DNA of 60,452 nucleotides, taken from positions 1-60,452 of the forward strand of contig CAYYLE010000002.1 in assembly GCA_964472375.1 (NCBI GenBank). The letters run 5' to 3'. A program made the translations under genes and the position numbers. Positions 18,401-29,141 of this stretch are shown piece after piece. Below the pieces are notes generated by a model that saw nothing but the letters and a program-made list of their open reading frames with translations, was not told where the DNA came from and searched no databases. How positions within the stretch are numbered: position 1 is the stretch's first letter; every line of letters begins with the position of its first letter. The stretch comes from an uncultured Rickettsiales bacterium. Lineage in GTDB: Bacteria > Pseudomonadota > Alphaproteobacteria > WRAU01 > CAYYLE01.

Positions 18401-19447
18401 ATGACTAAAGATAAAGCTTTGGATATAAAGTTATTTGACTTTGAACTAGAAAGCAAACACATAGCACAAAAACCTATACACCCTAAGCACGATGCTAAAA
18501 TGCTTGCTGTAAATGATTTTGACTTAAAAGACTATAAAGTAAAAGACCTTGTAGATATTTTAGACAAAAACACCTTAATAGTTATGAATAACACAAAGGT
18601 TTTACCATCTTTACTTGTTGGTAAAAAGGGTTTGTCTACAATATCGGTAAACCTACATAAAAAGCTTGAAAACACATGGCTTGCTTTTGCTAAAAACTCT
18701 AAAAGGTTAAAACCACAAGATACTATAATTTTTAGCGACAAACTAAGTGCAGAAGTTGTTGAAAAATATGAATATGGTGAAGTTGAGCTAAAGTTCAACC
18801 TACAAGATGAAGACTTTATAAAAGAGATAATTAGCTGTGGTAATATCCCTCTTCCGCCTTACATTAAAAGAGATGAAAAAAACAAAGAAGATGAAAAAGA
18901 CTATCAAACAGTTTTTGCAAAGCATTTAGGTGCAGTTGCAGTCCCAACAGCTGGCTTGCACTTTACAGAAGAACTGCTTGAAAAAATAAAAGAAAAAGGT
19001 ATAGAAATAGCTTTTGTAACCCTTCATGTTGGAGCAGGTACATTTTTACCTGTAAAAACTGATGATATAACAAAACACAAAATGCATTCGGAGTTTTACT
19101 CAATAAGCGAAGAAAGTGCCAAAATAATAAATAAACACATGGAAAATAACCACAAAATATTAGCAGTAGGCACAACAAGTCTAAGGGCTCTTGAAAGCTC
19201 TGTAAGTAAAGATGGCAAAGTTATACCTTGTGCAAAATCTACTGATATTTTTATTTACCCACCTTATAAATTTAAGGTTGTAAATTCTATTTTAACAAAC
19301 TTTCATTTACCTAAATCTACACTTTTTATGCTTATTTCTGCTTTTATAGGTTTAGAGCAAGCTCACAATGCTTATAAGTATGCTATAAAAAATGATTACA
19401 GGTTTTTTTCATATGGCGACTGCACATTGCTAGAGCTTAAAAAATAG
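18401..19447 (+). CDS. queA: S-adenosylmethionine:tRNA ribosyltransferase-isomerase
   Basis: The QueA motifs FDFELESKHIAQKP, PLPPYIKR, AVPTAGLHFT, VTLHVGAGTF and VGTTSLRALES are present. I prefer ATG 18401 as the start; the ORF track opens at 18353. Confidence 0.9.
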   Translation: MTKDKALDIKLFDFELESKHIAQKPIHPKHDAKMLAVNDFDLKDYKVKDLVDILDKNTLIVMNNTKVLPSLLVGKKGLSTISVNLHKKLENTWLAFAKNSKRLKPQDTIIFSDKLSAEVVEKYEYGEVELKFNLQDEDFIKEIISCGNIPLPPYIKRDEKNKEDEKDYQTVFAKHLGAVAVPTAGLHFTEELLEKIKEKGIEIAFVTLHVGAGTFLPVKTDDITKHKMHSEFYSISEESAKIINKHMENNHKILAVGTTSLRALESSVSKDGKVIPCAKSTDIFIYPPYKFKVVNSILTNFHLPKSTLFMLISAFIGLEQAHNAYKYAIKNDYRFFSYGDCTLLELKK

Positions 19448-19465
19448 TTTAAAATGTTTTATTAA

Positions 19466-20608
<1,143 letters not shown>

Positions 20609-20630
20609 AAACCATTACCTGGTGTAATTC

Positions 20631-22091
20631 ATGAAGAATATATCTATTGTAAAAATATTTAATGTTTTAGGTTTATTTATTTTTTTTACTGGTGTTTTTA
20701 TGTTAATGCCTGCATTATTAGACCTATGTAGAAAAGAAGAAACATATCTTGTTTTTTTAATATTTGCTATACTTTCTGGAGTTGTTGGCGGGTCTATATT
20801 TTTTGCAACTTATGAAAAAGACAGCACTGTAAACTACAAAGAAGGTGTTTTATTAACTGTATTTTCTTGGTTTGTTATAGTTGCATTTGCTGCATTGCCT
20901 ATACAATATGCAAGTAAAGATATAAACTATGTTGATGCCTACTTTGAGGCAATGTCTGGAATTACAACAACGGGTTCAACAGTTTTTGGCAATTTATCAG
21001 AGCTTTCTTTAGGGATGCATCTTTGGCGAGCATTAATACAATGGGTTGGTGGTCTTGGAATTGTTGTTACTGGTCTTGCAATTTTACCAAACTTAAAAAT
21101 TGGTGGCATGCAGATGTTTAAAATAGAATCTTTTGATATTGACCAATCTAAAAATAAAGCTACAAGCCTCGCTTCATCTATTGTTAAAATTTATGTATTA
21201 ATAACTCTTGTTGTTATTTTACTATTATGGCTTGTTGCTAAACTGAGTTTTTTTGACTCTATTGTTCATGCTTTTACATCAATATCTACTGCTGGGTTTT
21301 CTAACTATGATGCTTCTATTGGTTTTTTTAACAACCCAACTGCTGAAATCATTCTTACTATTTCAATGATAGTTGGCGGTATGCCTTTAATTTTGGTTTA
21401 TTTTCTTGTGTTTGAAGGTAAGGTAAAAACATTTTTAAAAGACCAACAAATAAGAGGTTTTTTAATAGCAATATCAACCCTAGTTATGATTGTTGCTACT
21501 TATTTAGTGTTAAAAAATGGGTTTTCTTTTAGTCAATCTTTAAGATATGCTTCTTTTACTGTTGTAAGCATTATAACAGGCACTGGATATGTACTAACAG
21601 ACTATACAACATGGGGCACAAGTATTGTAATGTTGCTTTTTATTATTACATTTTCAGGTGGTTGCTCTGGTGGTACATCTTGCGGTGTGAAAATATTTAG
21701 GTTTCAGGTGCTAACAAGCTTTACACTTGCAAAACTTAAGCAAAACAATATTCATAAATCTGTTATAACACCTTATTACAACAAAAGACCGTTAAAAAAC
21801 AATATTGTAGACTCTGTTGTTGTGTATTTTTACTTTTTTATTATTACATTTATTATAATTAGCTTTATTTTAACATTTTTTGGTTTAGATATAATTACAG
21901 CAACTTCTGCTACTGCTACTGCTCTTGCTAATGTTGGCCCTGGTTTTGGTGATACTATAGGTCCAAGTGGTAATTTTTCTAGCTTAGAATCAAGTGTTAA
22001 GATTATCCTTATACTAGCTATGATTATAGGAAGGCTTGAAATTATAGGTCTTTATATGATGATATACAAAAGCTTTTGGCAAAATAAATAA
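20631..22091 (+). CDS. trkH: Trk/Ktr-type potassium uptake protein TrkH
   Basis: The 486-aa polytopic membrane protein has four pore-loop-like segments (GITTTGST, STAGFSN, ITGTGYV, NVGPGFG). Confidence 0.85.
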   Translation: MKNISIVKIFNVLGLFIFFTGVFMLMPALLDLCRKEETYLVFLIFAILSGVVGGSIFFATYEKDSTVNYKEGVLLTVFSWFVIVAFAALPIQYASKDINYVDAYFEAMSGITTTGSTVFGNLSELSLGMHLWRALIQWVGGLGIVVTGLAILPNLKIGGMQMFKIESFDIDQSKNKATSLASSIVKIYVLITLVVILLLWLVAKLSFFDSIVHAFTSISTAGFSNYDASIGFFNNPTAEIILTISMIVGGMPLILVYFLVFEGKVKTFLKDQQIRGFLIAISTLVMIVATYLVLKNGFSFSQSLRYASFTVVSIITGTGYVLTDYTTWGTSIVMLLFIITFSGGCSGGTSCGVKIFRFQVLTSFTLAKLKQNNIHKSVITPYYNKRPLKNNIVDSVVVYFYFFIITFIIISFILTFFGLDIITATSATATALANVGPGFGDTIGPSGNFSSLESSVKIILILAMIIGRLEIIGLYMMIYKSFWQNK

Positions 22092-22151
22092 TACTTTATG
22101 TAAAAAATAAGCTTTATGAAAGCCAAAATAACGCTGTTTATGGTTAAAAAT

Positions 22152-23477
22152 CTACTTACCTATACAAAAGTTGCTAAATATGTTATCTAGTATATCCTCT
22201 GTGTGTATAGAGCCTATTAGTTCTTCTATATACACTGATGCTTTTCTTACATAAAAAGATTTTATAACAATATCTTCTGTATCAACTGCGTTTAGTAAAT
22301 CATTTTTACAAAAAGATAGTTTATCTATGTAATTTTGCTCAAGTAGGTATTTATGTGGTGTTTCTTGCACTATTGTAGTTTTTATTTTATCTACAATTTT
22401 TTCTTTTAGTTTTTCTATATTGCTTTCATCATGTGCTGACATAACAAAAGCATTATTATAGTTTTTATTATCTTCAAGGTCTTTTTTATTAACAACTAAA
22501 ATTGATTTTTCAAGGCTTGTGTATTGTTTTATAAAGCCATATGTTTGCTCATATCTTGTTGCATCTGCAACACAAATTAAAATATCAGAATTTTCTATTT
22601 CTTCTTTAGTTTTTAAAATACCAATATTTTCAACTTCATCTTTGCTTTCTCTAAGCCCTGCTGTATCTTTCAGTAAGATTGCATAACCATTTAAATCTAT
22701 GTATTTTTCTATTACATCTCTTGTAGTGCCAGATACATTACTTACAATTGCACTGTTGCTATTTGTAATTGAGTTTAAAATGCTTGATTTACCAACATTT
22801 GTATTGCCAAATAAAACAACCTTTATTCCATCTTTTATTTTGCTATTTGGTTTAACTTTACCTAAATAGTTTTGTAGCTCATTTATAAGATTTTTAATAT
22901 TTAAATCAGCTTGTTTTATGTAGTCATCATATATTCCATCATCAGAAAAATCAATAACACCTTCTATAAGAGTAAGTACATGTAAAATTTCATCTTTCCA
23001 TGTTTTATAGATACTTGATGTATCTCCAGATAAACCACTTAACGCATTCTGTGATTGCTCAAAAGTTTCTGCATTTATTAAATCATTAACAGATTGTGCT
23101 TTTAAAAGGTCTAGCTTACCATTTAAATATGCTCTTTTTGTAAACTCACCCCTTTCTGCTAAACGGTGGCTTTTAAAAGCACTAAGTGTTTTAATAAGCT
23201 CTTTAATAACTGATATTGAACCATGAAGATAATACTCTACTGTTTGCTCTCCTGTATAGCTTTTACTATCAAAATAAACAAACATTGCATCATCAATAAT
23301 ATTGTTGTTGCAATCATATAGCTTTGAGTTATAAAAATACCTTGCTTTAAGACTTTTTATATCTTTTTTTGTGATTTTTTCTAAACTTTTTAAGCAATCA
23401 TCACCTGATACTCTTACAACAGCAATGGCAGATTTAAATAAAGGTGTTGAAAGAGCATAAATGGTATCTTTTATCAT
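22152..23477 (-). CDS. mnmE: tRNA modification GTPase MnmE
   Basis: The N-terminal domain begins DTIYALSTP..AIAVVRVSG. The G-domain motifs GNTNVGKSS and DTAG are present, and the C-terminus is CIGK. Confidence 0.95.
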   Translation of the reverse strand: MIKDTIYALSTPLFKSAIAVVRVSGDDCLKSLEKITKKDIKSLKARYFYNSKLYDCNNNIIDDAMFVYFDSKSYTGEQTVEYYLHGSISVIKELIKTLSAFKSHRLAERGEFTKRAYLNGKLDLLKAQSVNDLINAETFEQSQNALSGLSGDTSSIYKTWKDEILHVLTLIEGVIDFSDDGIYDDYIKQADLNIKNLINELQNYLGKVKPNSKIKDGIKVVLFGNTNVGKSSILNSITNSNSAIVSNVSGTTRDVIEKYIDLNGYAILLKDTAGLRESKDEVENIGILKTKEEIENSDILICVADATRYEQTYGFIKQYTSLEKSILVVNKKDLEDNKNYNNAFVMSAHDESNIEKLKEKIVDKIKTTIVQETPHKYLLEQNYIDKLSFCKNDLLNAVDTEDIVIKSFYVRKASVYIEELIGSIHTEDILDNIFSNFCIGK

Positions 23478-23526
23478 AATTTATATCACCTTTTACTATA
23501 AAAAATCCTTTCAACAAAAAAATTAA

Positions 23527-24813
23527 TTAAGAATTCATATTATTAAAAAAGTCTTTATTGTTTTTTGTATTTCTCATTTTGTTTAATAAAAACTCTGCTG
23601 CTTCAACAGTAGACATTTGCATAAGAATTCTTCTTAAAACCCACATTTTACTAAGTGTAGCTTTATCAACAAGTAGTTCTTCTTTTCTTGTACCTGATTT
23701 TGCAATATCAATAGTAGGGAATATTCTTTTGTCTGCAATTCTTCTATCAAGGATAATTTCAGAGTTACCTGTTCCTTTAAACTCTTCAAAAATCACTTCG
23801 TCCATTTTAGAGCCAGTATCAACAAGTGCTGTACCAATAATAGTTAGAGAACCACCTTCTTCAATATTTCTTGCTGCACCAAAAAATCTTTTTGGTCTTT
23901 GTAATGCATTTGAATCAACACCACCTGTTAAAACTTTACCAGAAGATGGTATAACTGTATTGTAAGCTCTTGCTAAACGAGTAATTGAATCAAGTAGTAT
24001 AACAACATCTTGCTTTTGTTCTACAAGTCTTTTTGCTTTTTCAAGAACTATTTCAGCAACTTGAATGTGCCTTGATGCATGTTCATCAAATGTTGAGCTA
24101 ACAACCTCGGCATTTACAGACCTTATCATATCTGTAACTTCTTCAGGTCTTTCATCTATTAGTAAAATAATAATTTTACACTCTGGATGGTTTATAGATA
24201 TAGAATTAGCAATATTTTTCAACATAACTGTTTTACCAGTTCTTGGTGGAGCAACAATTAAAGCTCTTTGACCTTTACCAATAGGTGTTATTAAATCAAT
24301 AACACGAGAGGTATATTCGTCTTTAGCTGCATCATTTTCAACTTCTAATAAAAGTCTTTCTTGCGGGTAAAGCGTTGTTAAGTTGTCAAAATTATTACGA
24401 TATTTAACAAAGTTTGAAACCTCAACTCCATTGATTTTTAAAACCTTTACAAGTGCAAAGTTTTTTTCATTAACTCTTGGTGTTCTTATTTCACCTTCTA
24501 CAAAATCACCTGTTCTAAGCCCTAGTTTTCTTATTTGGTTAGGAGAAACATAAACATCATCAGAACCTGTTAAGTAGTTATATTCTTGAGACCTTAAAAA
24601 ACCAAAACCATCTGAAATAACCTCTAATGTACCGCTACCTACTACTACTTTTCCATCTTCTTGTAGCAGGTTTTTTAGTATTGCAAACATAATATCTTGC
24701 TTACGCATAGAGCCAACACCTTCTATGCCAAGTTCTTGGGTGTATGATATTAAATCCGCAATTTTTTTGAATCTAAAATCATTTAAATGTATAACAGAAT
24801 TGTCTTTTGCCAT
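23527..24813 (-). CDS. rho: Transcription termination factor Rho
   Basis: The Rho N-domain ([20 protein letters not shown]), the Walker A motif APPRTGKT and the Q/R loops are present. I place the start at ATG 24813 ([12 protein letters not shown]...). The ORF track's TTG at 24843 would add 10 non-conserved residues. Confidence 0.95.
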   Translation of the reverse strand: MAKDNSVIHLNDFRFKKIADLISYTQELGIEGVGSMRKQDIMFAILKNLLQEDGKVVVGSGTLEVISDGFGFLRSQEYNYLTGSDDVYVSPNQIRKLGLRTGDFVEGEIRTPRVNEKNFALVKVLKINGVEVSNFVKYRNNFDNLTTLYPQERLLLEVENDAAKDEYTSRVIDLITPIGKGQRALIVAPPRTGKTVMLKNIANSISINHPECKIIILLIDERPEEVTDMIRSVNAEVVSSTFDEHASRHIQVAEIVLEKAKRLVEQKQDVVILLDSITRLARAYNTVIPSSGKVLTGGVDSNALQRPKRFFGAARNIEEGGSLTIIGTALVDTGSKMDEVIFEEFKGTGNSEIILDRRIADKRIFPTIDIAKSGTRKEELLVDKATLSKMWVLRRILMQMSTVEAAEFLLNKMRNTKNNKDFFNNMNS

Positions 24814-25186
24814 GAAAAAATTTCTCGCGTTAATAGAAAACAAAGCTTTATTGATAAAAGCATTTGAATAAAAATATTTAATAATAAAAAAGATGTGATA
24901 AGAAATAAGGAAATAATCTAATCATCGGAATAATAAGTTATTTTGCAATCATTGTCAATTTTTTATATTGTAAAACATATATGGATAAAATGTGGAAAAC
25001 TGAAGATAAAGTATTTTATTAAGTTTTTTTACACTTTTTATCCACCACTTTTTAACTAGTTTTCATGAAAGCTCTAATTATAGCTTTTATAAAGCTTTAT
25101 TGCTTATTTTTTTGATTTATCAACATGCTTTATTAATATAATATTTATATATAAAATATATTAATATAATAATAGTTGTTAAAAAC
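24814..25186. other. Candidate chromosomal origin of replication (oriC), overlapping the rho and maf promoter region
   Basis: This is the largest non-coding gap in the window. Four 9-mers lie within one mismatch of the DnaA box TTATCCACA. They are TATGGATAA at 24980-24988 (reverse), TGTGGAAAA at 24991-24999 (reverse), TTATCCACC at 25038-25046 and TTATCAACA at 25117-25125. An almost pure A/T tract follows at 25126-25186. The flanking synteny mnmE-rho / maf-aroE-coaE-dnaQ is origin-type. Confidence 0.55.
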
Positions 25187-25792
25187 ATGTTTTTTAATAA
25201 AAAAATTTATTTAATTTCACAAAGCGAAACAAGAATAAATCTTTTAAAGAAAGTCGGGTTTGAAGTAAAAACCTTAGTAAATAACTTTAATGAAGATAGT
25301 TATCATAAAGCTAATATTGATAATTCTGCTTTAGAAGATAGTTTAAACCTAAGTATGTTAAAAATAAACAACTATTTACAAAACCATAAATATACAGAAG
25401 ATACTATATTAGTAGGTTGTGATCAAACAGCAATTTGTAACAATATTAAATTAAACAAAGCAAAAGATATAAAACAAGCCAATGATATATTGAAAAATAT
25501 ATCTAATAAAACTATAACTCTTTATTCTTCTTTTTCTGTTTATATGAATAATAAGTTTTATAATGGTTACAATAGTGCAGAAATAAAAATAAAAGAATTA
25601 CAAAAGAAAGATATAGAGATTTATTTAAATTTCAATAAAGATATCGCACTTTCTTGCCTTGGTTGTATAGACTTTGAAGGAAAAGGAATACATTTAGTAG
25701 AGAAAGTTTTAAAAGGTGATTATTATACTATTTTAGGATTTCCTGTAATTGAATTTTTAGAAACATTAAACAAGATAAAAAATGAAAAATAA
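25187..25792 (+). CDS. maf: Maf-like nucleoside triphosphate pyrophosphatase / septum formation protein
   Basis: The 201-aa protein begins IYLISQSETRINLLKKVGF, which resembles the Maf LILAS.SP.R..LL pattern. Its position ahead of aroE-coaE-dnaQ is conserved. Confidence 0.8.
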   Translation: MFFNKKIYLISQSETRINLLKKVGFEVKTLVNNFNEDSYHKANIDNSALEDSLNLSMLKINNYLQNHKYTEDTILVGCDQTAICNNIKLNKAKDIKQANDILKNISNKTITLYSSFSVYMNNKFYNGYNSAEIKIKELQKKDIEIYLNFNKDIALSCLGCIDFEGKGIHLVEKVLKGDYYTILGFPVIEFLETLNKIKNEK

Positions 25793-26636
25793 ACTCCTTT
25801 TGGCTGTTGTAGGATCTGAAATAGATTATTCTTTATCACCTTTAATACATAGTGAGTTTATAAAACAACAAAACCTTCTTGCTTATTATGTTCCTTTAAG
25901 TTTAAGTAAAGATAGCTTTAATAAACAAACAATACTAAATCTTTTTAATACCTATAATTATATAGGTTTAAATATTACATATCCCTATAAAGAAGAAATT
26001 TTAAACTTTATTGAAAATAAACATGAAAGCATGAATGGTTTAACTTGTGCAAATACAGTTTATTATGAAGGTAATAGTTTAAAACTTGCTAATTTTGATG
26101 GTTTAGGTTGTTATTATTCTTTAAAAAAATATCTTTCTTTAGATTTAAAGGTTAAAAATATTCTTTTAATAGGTTTTGGCTCTACTACAAAGTCTATTTT
26201 AAAAACTTTTGTAGAAAAAGGCATGAAAAACATAACCATTGCAAATAGAACAAGGGTTAAAATTGAACAATATTTAGAAGAAAATGATATAAAGTGCAAT
26301 ATTTTGGATTTTAAAATATTAAAAAACAATATAAAAGATTTTGATATTGTAATAAATACAACAAGCTTAAGTATTTATGATTTAATAGATTTTTCAGAAG
26401 AAAATATTAATATATTGTATTATGATGTTAATTATTCTAAACAAAATTTTAAAAAAATGTTAAAATTAAGGCAAACAGGGGTTAATGCAGTTGATGGTAT
26501 TCCAATGCTTTGCTATCAAGCTAGTTTTGCTTTTGAAAAATGGTTTGGAGTATTACCCACTGTTGATAAGAATTTCATAGAAGGTATTTACAAAAATGCT
26601 AATAGTTGGTTTAACAGGTCCTATTGCAAGTGGTAA
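25782..26636 (+). CDS. aroE: Shikimate 5-dehydrogenase
   Basis: The motifs VGSEIDYSLSPLIHSEF, LNITYPYKEE and a GFGSTTKS dinucleotide loop are present. It overlaps maf by 11 nt. Confidence 0.85.
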   Translation: MKNKLLLAVVGSEIDYSLSPLIHSEFIKQQNLLAYYVPLSLSKDSFNKQTILNLFNTYNYIGLNITYPYKEEILNFIENKHESMNGLTCANTVYYEGNSLKLANFDGLGCYYSLKKYLSLDLKVKNILLIGFGSTTKSILKTFVEKGMKNITIANRTRVKIEQYLEENDIKCNILDFKILKNNIKDFDIVINTTSLSIYDLIDFSEENINILYYDVNYSKQNFKKMLKLRQTGVNAVDGIPMLCYQASFAFEKWFGVLPTVDKNFIEGIYKNANSWFNRSYCKW

Positions 26637-27240
26637 ATCAGAGGTTCTTGATATATTTAAAAGATTAGGTGCTTCTGTTTGTTCAGATGATGACTTAGTT
26701 GATTCAATGTATGCTCAAGAAAATGTGATAAAACATTTACAAAAATGCTTAAAAATTTCACCTGAAGATGCTTACTATCCTAGAATAAAATCAGTTGCTT
26801 TTAGTATAGTTAAAAAACAAGGTAGCTTTAAAAGACTTGAAGATTGTATTTTTCCAATGCTTTGGAAAAAAAGATTTTCTTTTATATTAAAATCTTTCAT
26901 GAAAAGCCCAAGAAGTATTTGTGTTTTAGAAATTCCTCTTTTAGTTGAAAAAGACTTACATAAACTTTGTGATTATATTATTATAACAAACTGCAATACT
27001 GAAGTAAGAAAAATGAGAGCAATGAAAAGACCTACTATGACAGAGGAAAGGTTTAATTTTATAGACAGAAACCAAATAGATATAAATAGAAAGCTTTCTT
27101 ATGCTGATTCTGTAATTGATACAGAAAGAGATTATGGTTCTGTTATGACTTCTGTTGAAAATATATACACTGATTTAATAGATTTGCAAAGTAATGTTGG
27201 TTTTTTAAACATATTTAGTTGGCGTAAGTATCACAAATGA
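26596..27240 (+). CDS. coaE: Dephospho-CoA kinase
   Basis: The P-loop is IVGLTGPIASGKSEV. It overlaps aroE by 41 nt and is coupled to dnaQ through an ATGA junction. Confidence 0.85.
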   Translation: MLIVGLTGPIASGKSEVLDIFKRLGASVCSDDDLVDSMYAQENVIKHLQKCLKISPEDAYYPRIKSVAFSIVKKQGSFKRLEDCIFPMLWKKRFSFILKSFMKSPRSICVLEIPLLVEKDLHKLCDYIIITNCNTEVRKMRAMKRPTMTEERFNFIDRNQIDINRKLSYADSVIDTERDYGSVMTSVENIYTDLIDLQSNVGFLNIFSWRKYHK

Positions 27241-27923
27241 GAAAAATAGTATTTGACTTTGAAACAACAGGTTTTGAACCTTCTGAAGGTCATAAAATAA
27301 TAGAATATGCATTTTTGGAGCTTATAGACAACGATATTACAGATAACTATATTTATGATCTTGTTAACCCAAAAAGAAGTATTCCAGAAGATTCTATAAA
27401 AGTTCATGGAATAACAGATGATAAAGTTAAAGACAAAGAAACTTTTGATAAACATATAGACAGAATTCTTGACTTTATAGGTGATGATTCTGTTTTGATA
27501 GCTCATAATGTAGAGTTTGATAAAAAGTTCTTAAATCATGAAATGAAGGACATAGGCTTAGCTAGTAAAATTCTTCCTAATGATAGATTTGTAGATAGTT
27601 TAGATATAGCAAAGCGTAAGTTTCCGGGCCAAAGTAATAATCTTGATGCTTTATGTAGAAGGCTAGATATAAGTTTAAGTGCAAGGGCAGATGGCCATAA
27701 TGCTTTGGTTGATACAGAGCTACTTGCTAAAGTTTATATTAAAATGACTGTAAAAGAAGAGCTTGATATCTTTGTTGAAGGTAAAAAAGAGCAAATTGTA
27801 AATAATAGAGATGTTGTTTACAATGCAGATTTTACTTATAGAACATTTGATGTGAAAAAAGAACAGCAAGAAAAACACTTAGATTTTATTAAAAATACTA
27901 TAAAAAACTCTTCTTGGTATTAG
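27237..27923 (+). CDS. dnaQ: DNA polymerase III epsilon subunit (3'-5' proofreading exonuclease)
   Basis: The exonuclease motifs are Exo I VFDFETTG, Exo II LIAHNVEFDKKFL and Exo III GHNALVDTELLAKVY. Confidence 0.9.
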   Translation: MRKIVFDFETTGFEPSEGHKIIEYAFLELIDNDITDNYIYDLVNPKRSIPEDSIKVHGITDDKVKDKETFDKHIDRILDFIGDDSVLIAHNVEFDKKFLNHEMKDIGLASKILPNDRFVDSLDIAKRKFPGQSNNLDALCRRLDISLSARADGHNALVDTELLAKVYIKMTVKEELDIFVEGKKEQIVNNRDVVYNADFTYRTFDVKKEQQEKHLDFIKNTIKNSSWY

Positions 27924-28399
27924 CCTGTATTTTTATTTTGGCTATCTAAACTTGATTTATTTAAATAATCCAAAGCATCATTATAGTATTGGTTAAAATC
28001 AATACCAGGAAAGTTAATTCTATTAAGATTTGACTTTAAAAGATTGTTGTTTAGCTTATTAATTAGTATTTTGTAAACATCTGGTAAAACAACTAAATAA
28101 AGCTGATTAATAAAACTGTAGTGGTCTTTTGCATCCATATAAACATAGTTGCCAAGGTTAGCTTCTACGTTTACAAGAACTTGGTCTGCTTTACACACTC
28201 TTAGTTTTACAGACATATCAACTTCGTAAATACTTTCACTTACTTCGTCGTATTTAATTCCTATTGGACTAAGTAATGTGTTTAACCCATGAAATAGATT
28301 TTTATCTTCATTTTCATTTTCTAAAAACAAATACACAGAATCGTGTATAGATAATTTGTAGTTCTTAAAAAAACTTTTATATATATTTACACCGTGCAT
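27920..28399 (-). CDS. secB: Divergent SecB-like export chaperone
   Basis: The 159-aa protein occupies the conserved alphaproteobacterial slot between dnaQ and the Tim44-like gene. Its similarity to the SecB pattern is only loose (KLSIHDSVYLFLEN..., NRINFPGIDFNQYY near the C-terminus). Confidence 0.5.
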   Translation of the reverse strand: MHGVNIYKSFFKNYKLSIHDSVYLFLENENEDKNLFHGLNTLLSPIGIKYDEVSESIYEVDMSVKLRVCKADQVLVNVEANLGNYVYMDAKDHYSFINQLYLVVLPDVYKILINKLNNNLLKSNLNRINFPGIDFNQYYNDALDYLNKSSLDSQNKNTG

Positions 28400-28478
28400 T
28401 TTTTAAAGTGGACTTAAGGTTTTTTTACTTTTAAACTTAACAAGTACAGTACTTAATTATACTTTAAAGAGTTTTATA

Positions 28479-29141
28479 ATGGAAATAATATTTAACAATG
28501 TTGATATAGTTATATTCTTTTTTATAACAATACTTATTATACATAGGTTGTACCTTGTGTTAGGAACTAGGCAGGGTCATCATGTTGATATTAACAAAAC
28601 ACGCTATGCAAAACAAAACACAGAAGATGAAGATACAAAACCTTTAGAGCAGGTAAAAGAAGAGGTTTTAAACACTAAAATACAAGATGAAGTAAATTTA
28701 GATTCTGGTTCAGCTAAAAGTACATACAAGAAAATGCTTTATCTTGAAAAAATATTTTCTGACTTTGAATACGTTGAATTTATTAAAAAAAGACAAGATG
28801 ATTTTTTAACTATAATAGCTTCTTACCACTCTAAAACTTTAAGTAATGTAAAAAATAAGCTAAGCCAACATTATTTTAATACTTTAGAAAAAGCTTCTTT
28901 AAACAATGAAGAAGATGAAAGATTTTCTTTAAATGAGTTTAAAGAAGTTGATATAAAAGATATTGATTTTAAAGAAGATGAAGCAATTGTATGTGTTAAG
29001 TTTATAACTAGCTATAAAATACTTGCAAGCGATAATAGTGTTGTAGAAGAAGATGATAGCAATACAGAATATTGGTTTTTTTCAAGGTCTTACAAAAATA
29101 CAAAATGGGTACTTTTTAATATAAAAAATGAATACAATTAA
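28479..29141 (+). CDS. Tim44-like domain protein (membrane-anchored)
   Basis: The protein has an N-terminal TM helix followed by RLYLVLGTRQG, and a C-terminal Tim44-type domain ending EYWFFSRSYKNTKWVLFNI. The secB-Tim44-mltA synteny is conserved. Confidence 0.75.
   Translation: MEIIFNNVDIVIFFFITILIIHRLYLVLGTRQGHHVDINKTRYAKQNTEDEDTKPLEQVKEEVLNTKIQDEVNLDSGSAKSTYKKMLYLEKIFSDFEYVEFIKKRQDDFLTIIASYHSKTLSNVKNKLSQHYFNTLEKASLNNEEDERFSLNEFKEVDIKDIDFKEDEAIVCVKFITSYKILASDNSVVEEDDSNTEYWFFSRSYKNTKWVLFNIKNEYN

Noticed and set aside
24814-24843. An alternative TTG start that extends rho by 10 codons into the candidate origin region.
   Set aside because: The added residues ([10 protein letters not shown]) do not match the conserved Rho N-terminus, and an in-frame ATG at 24813 gives a typical start. 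Neither start has a clear Shine-Dalgarno sequence, so this stays slightly uncertain.
25133-25147. CtrA-box-like TTAA-N7-TTTA in the A/T tract of the candidate origin.
   Set aside because: It is only a half-perfect match to TTAA-N7-TTAA. I checked the other TTAA occurrences in 24814-25186 and none has a partner at the right spacing. In sequence this AT-rich a near match is expected by chance.
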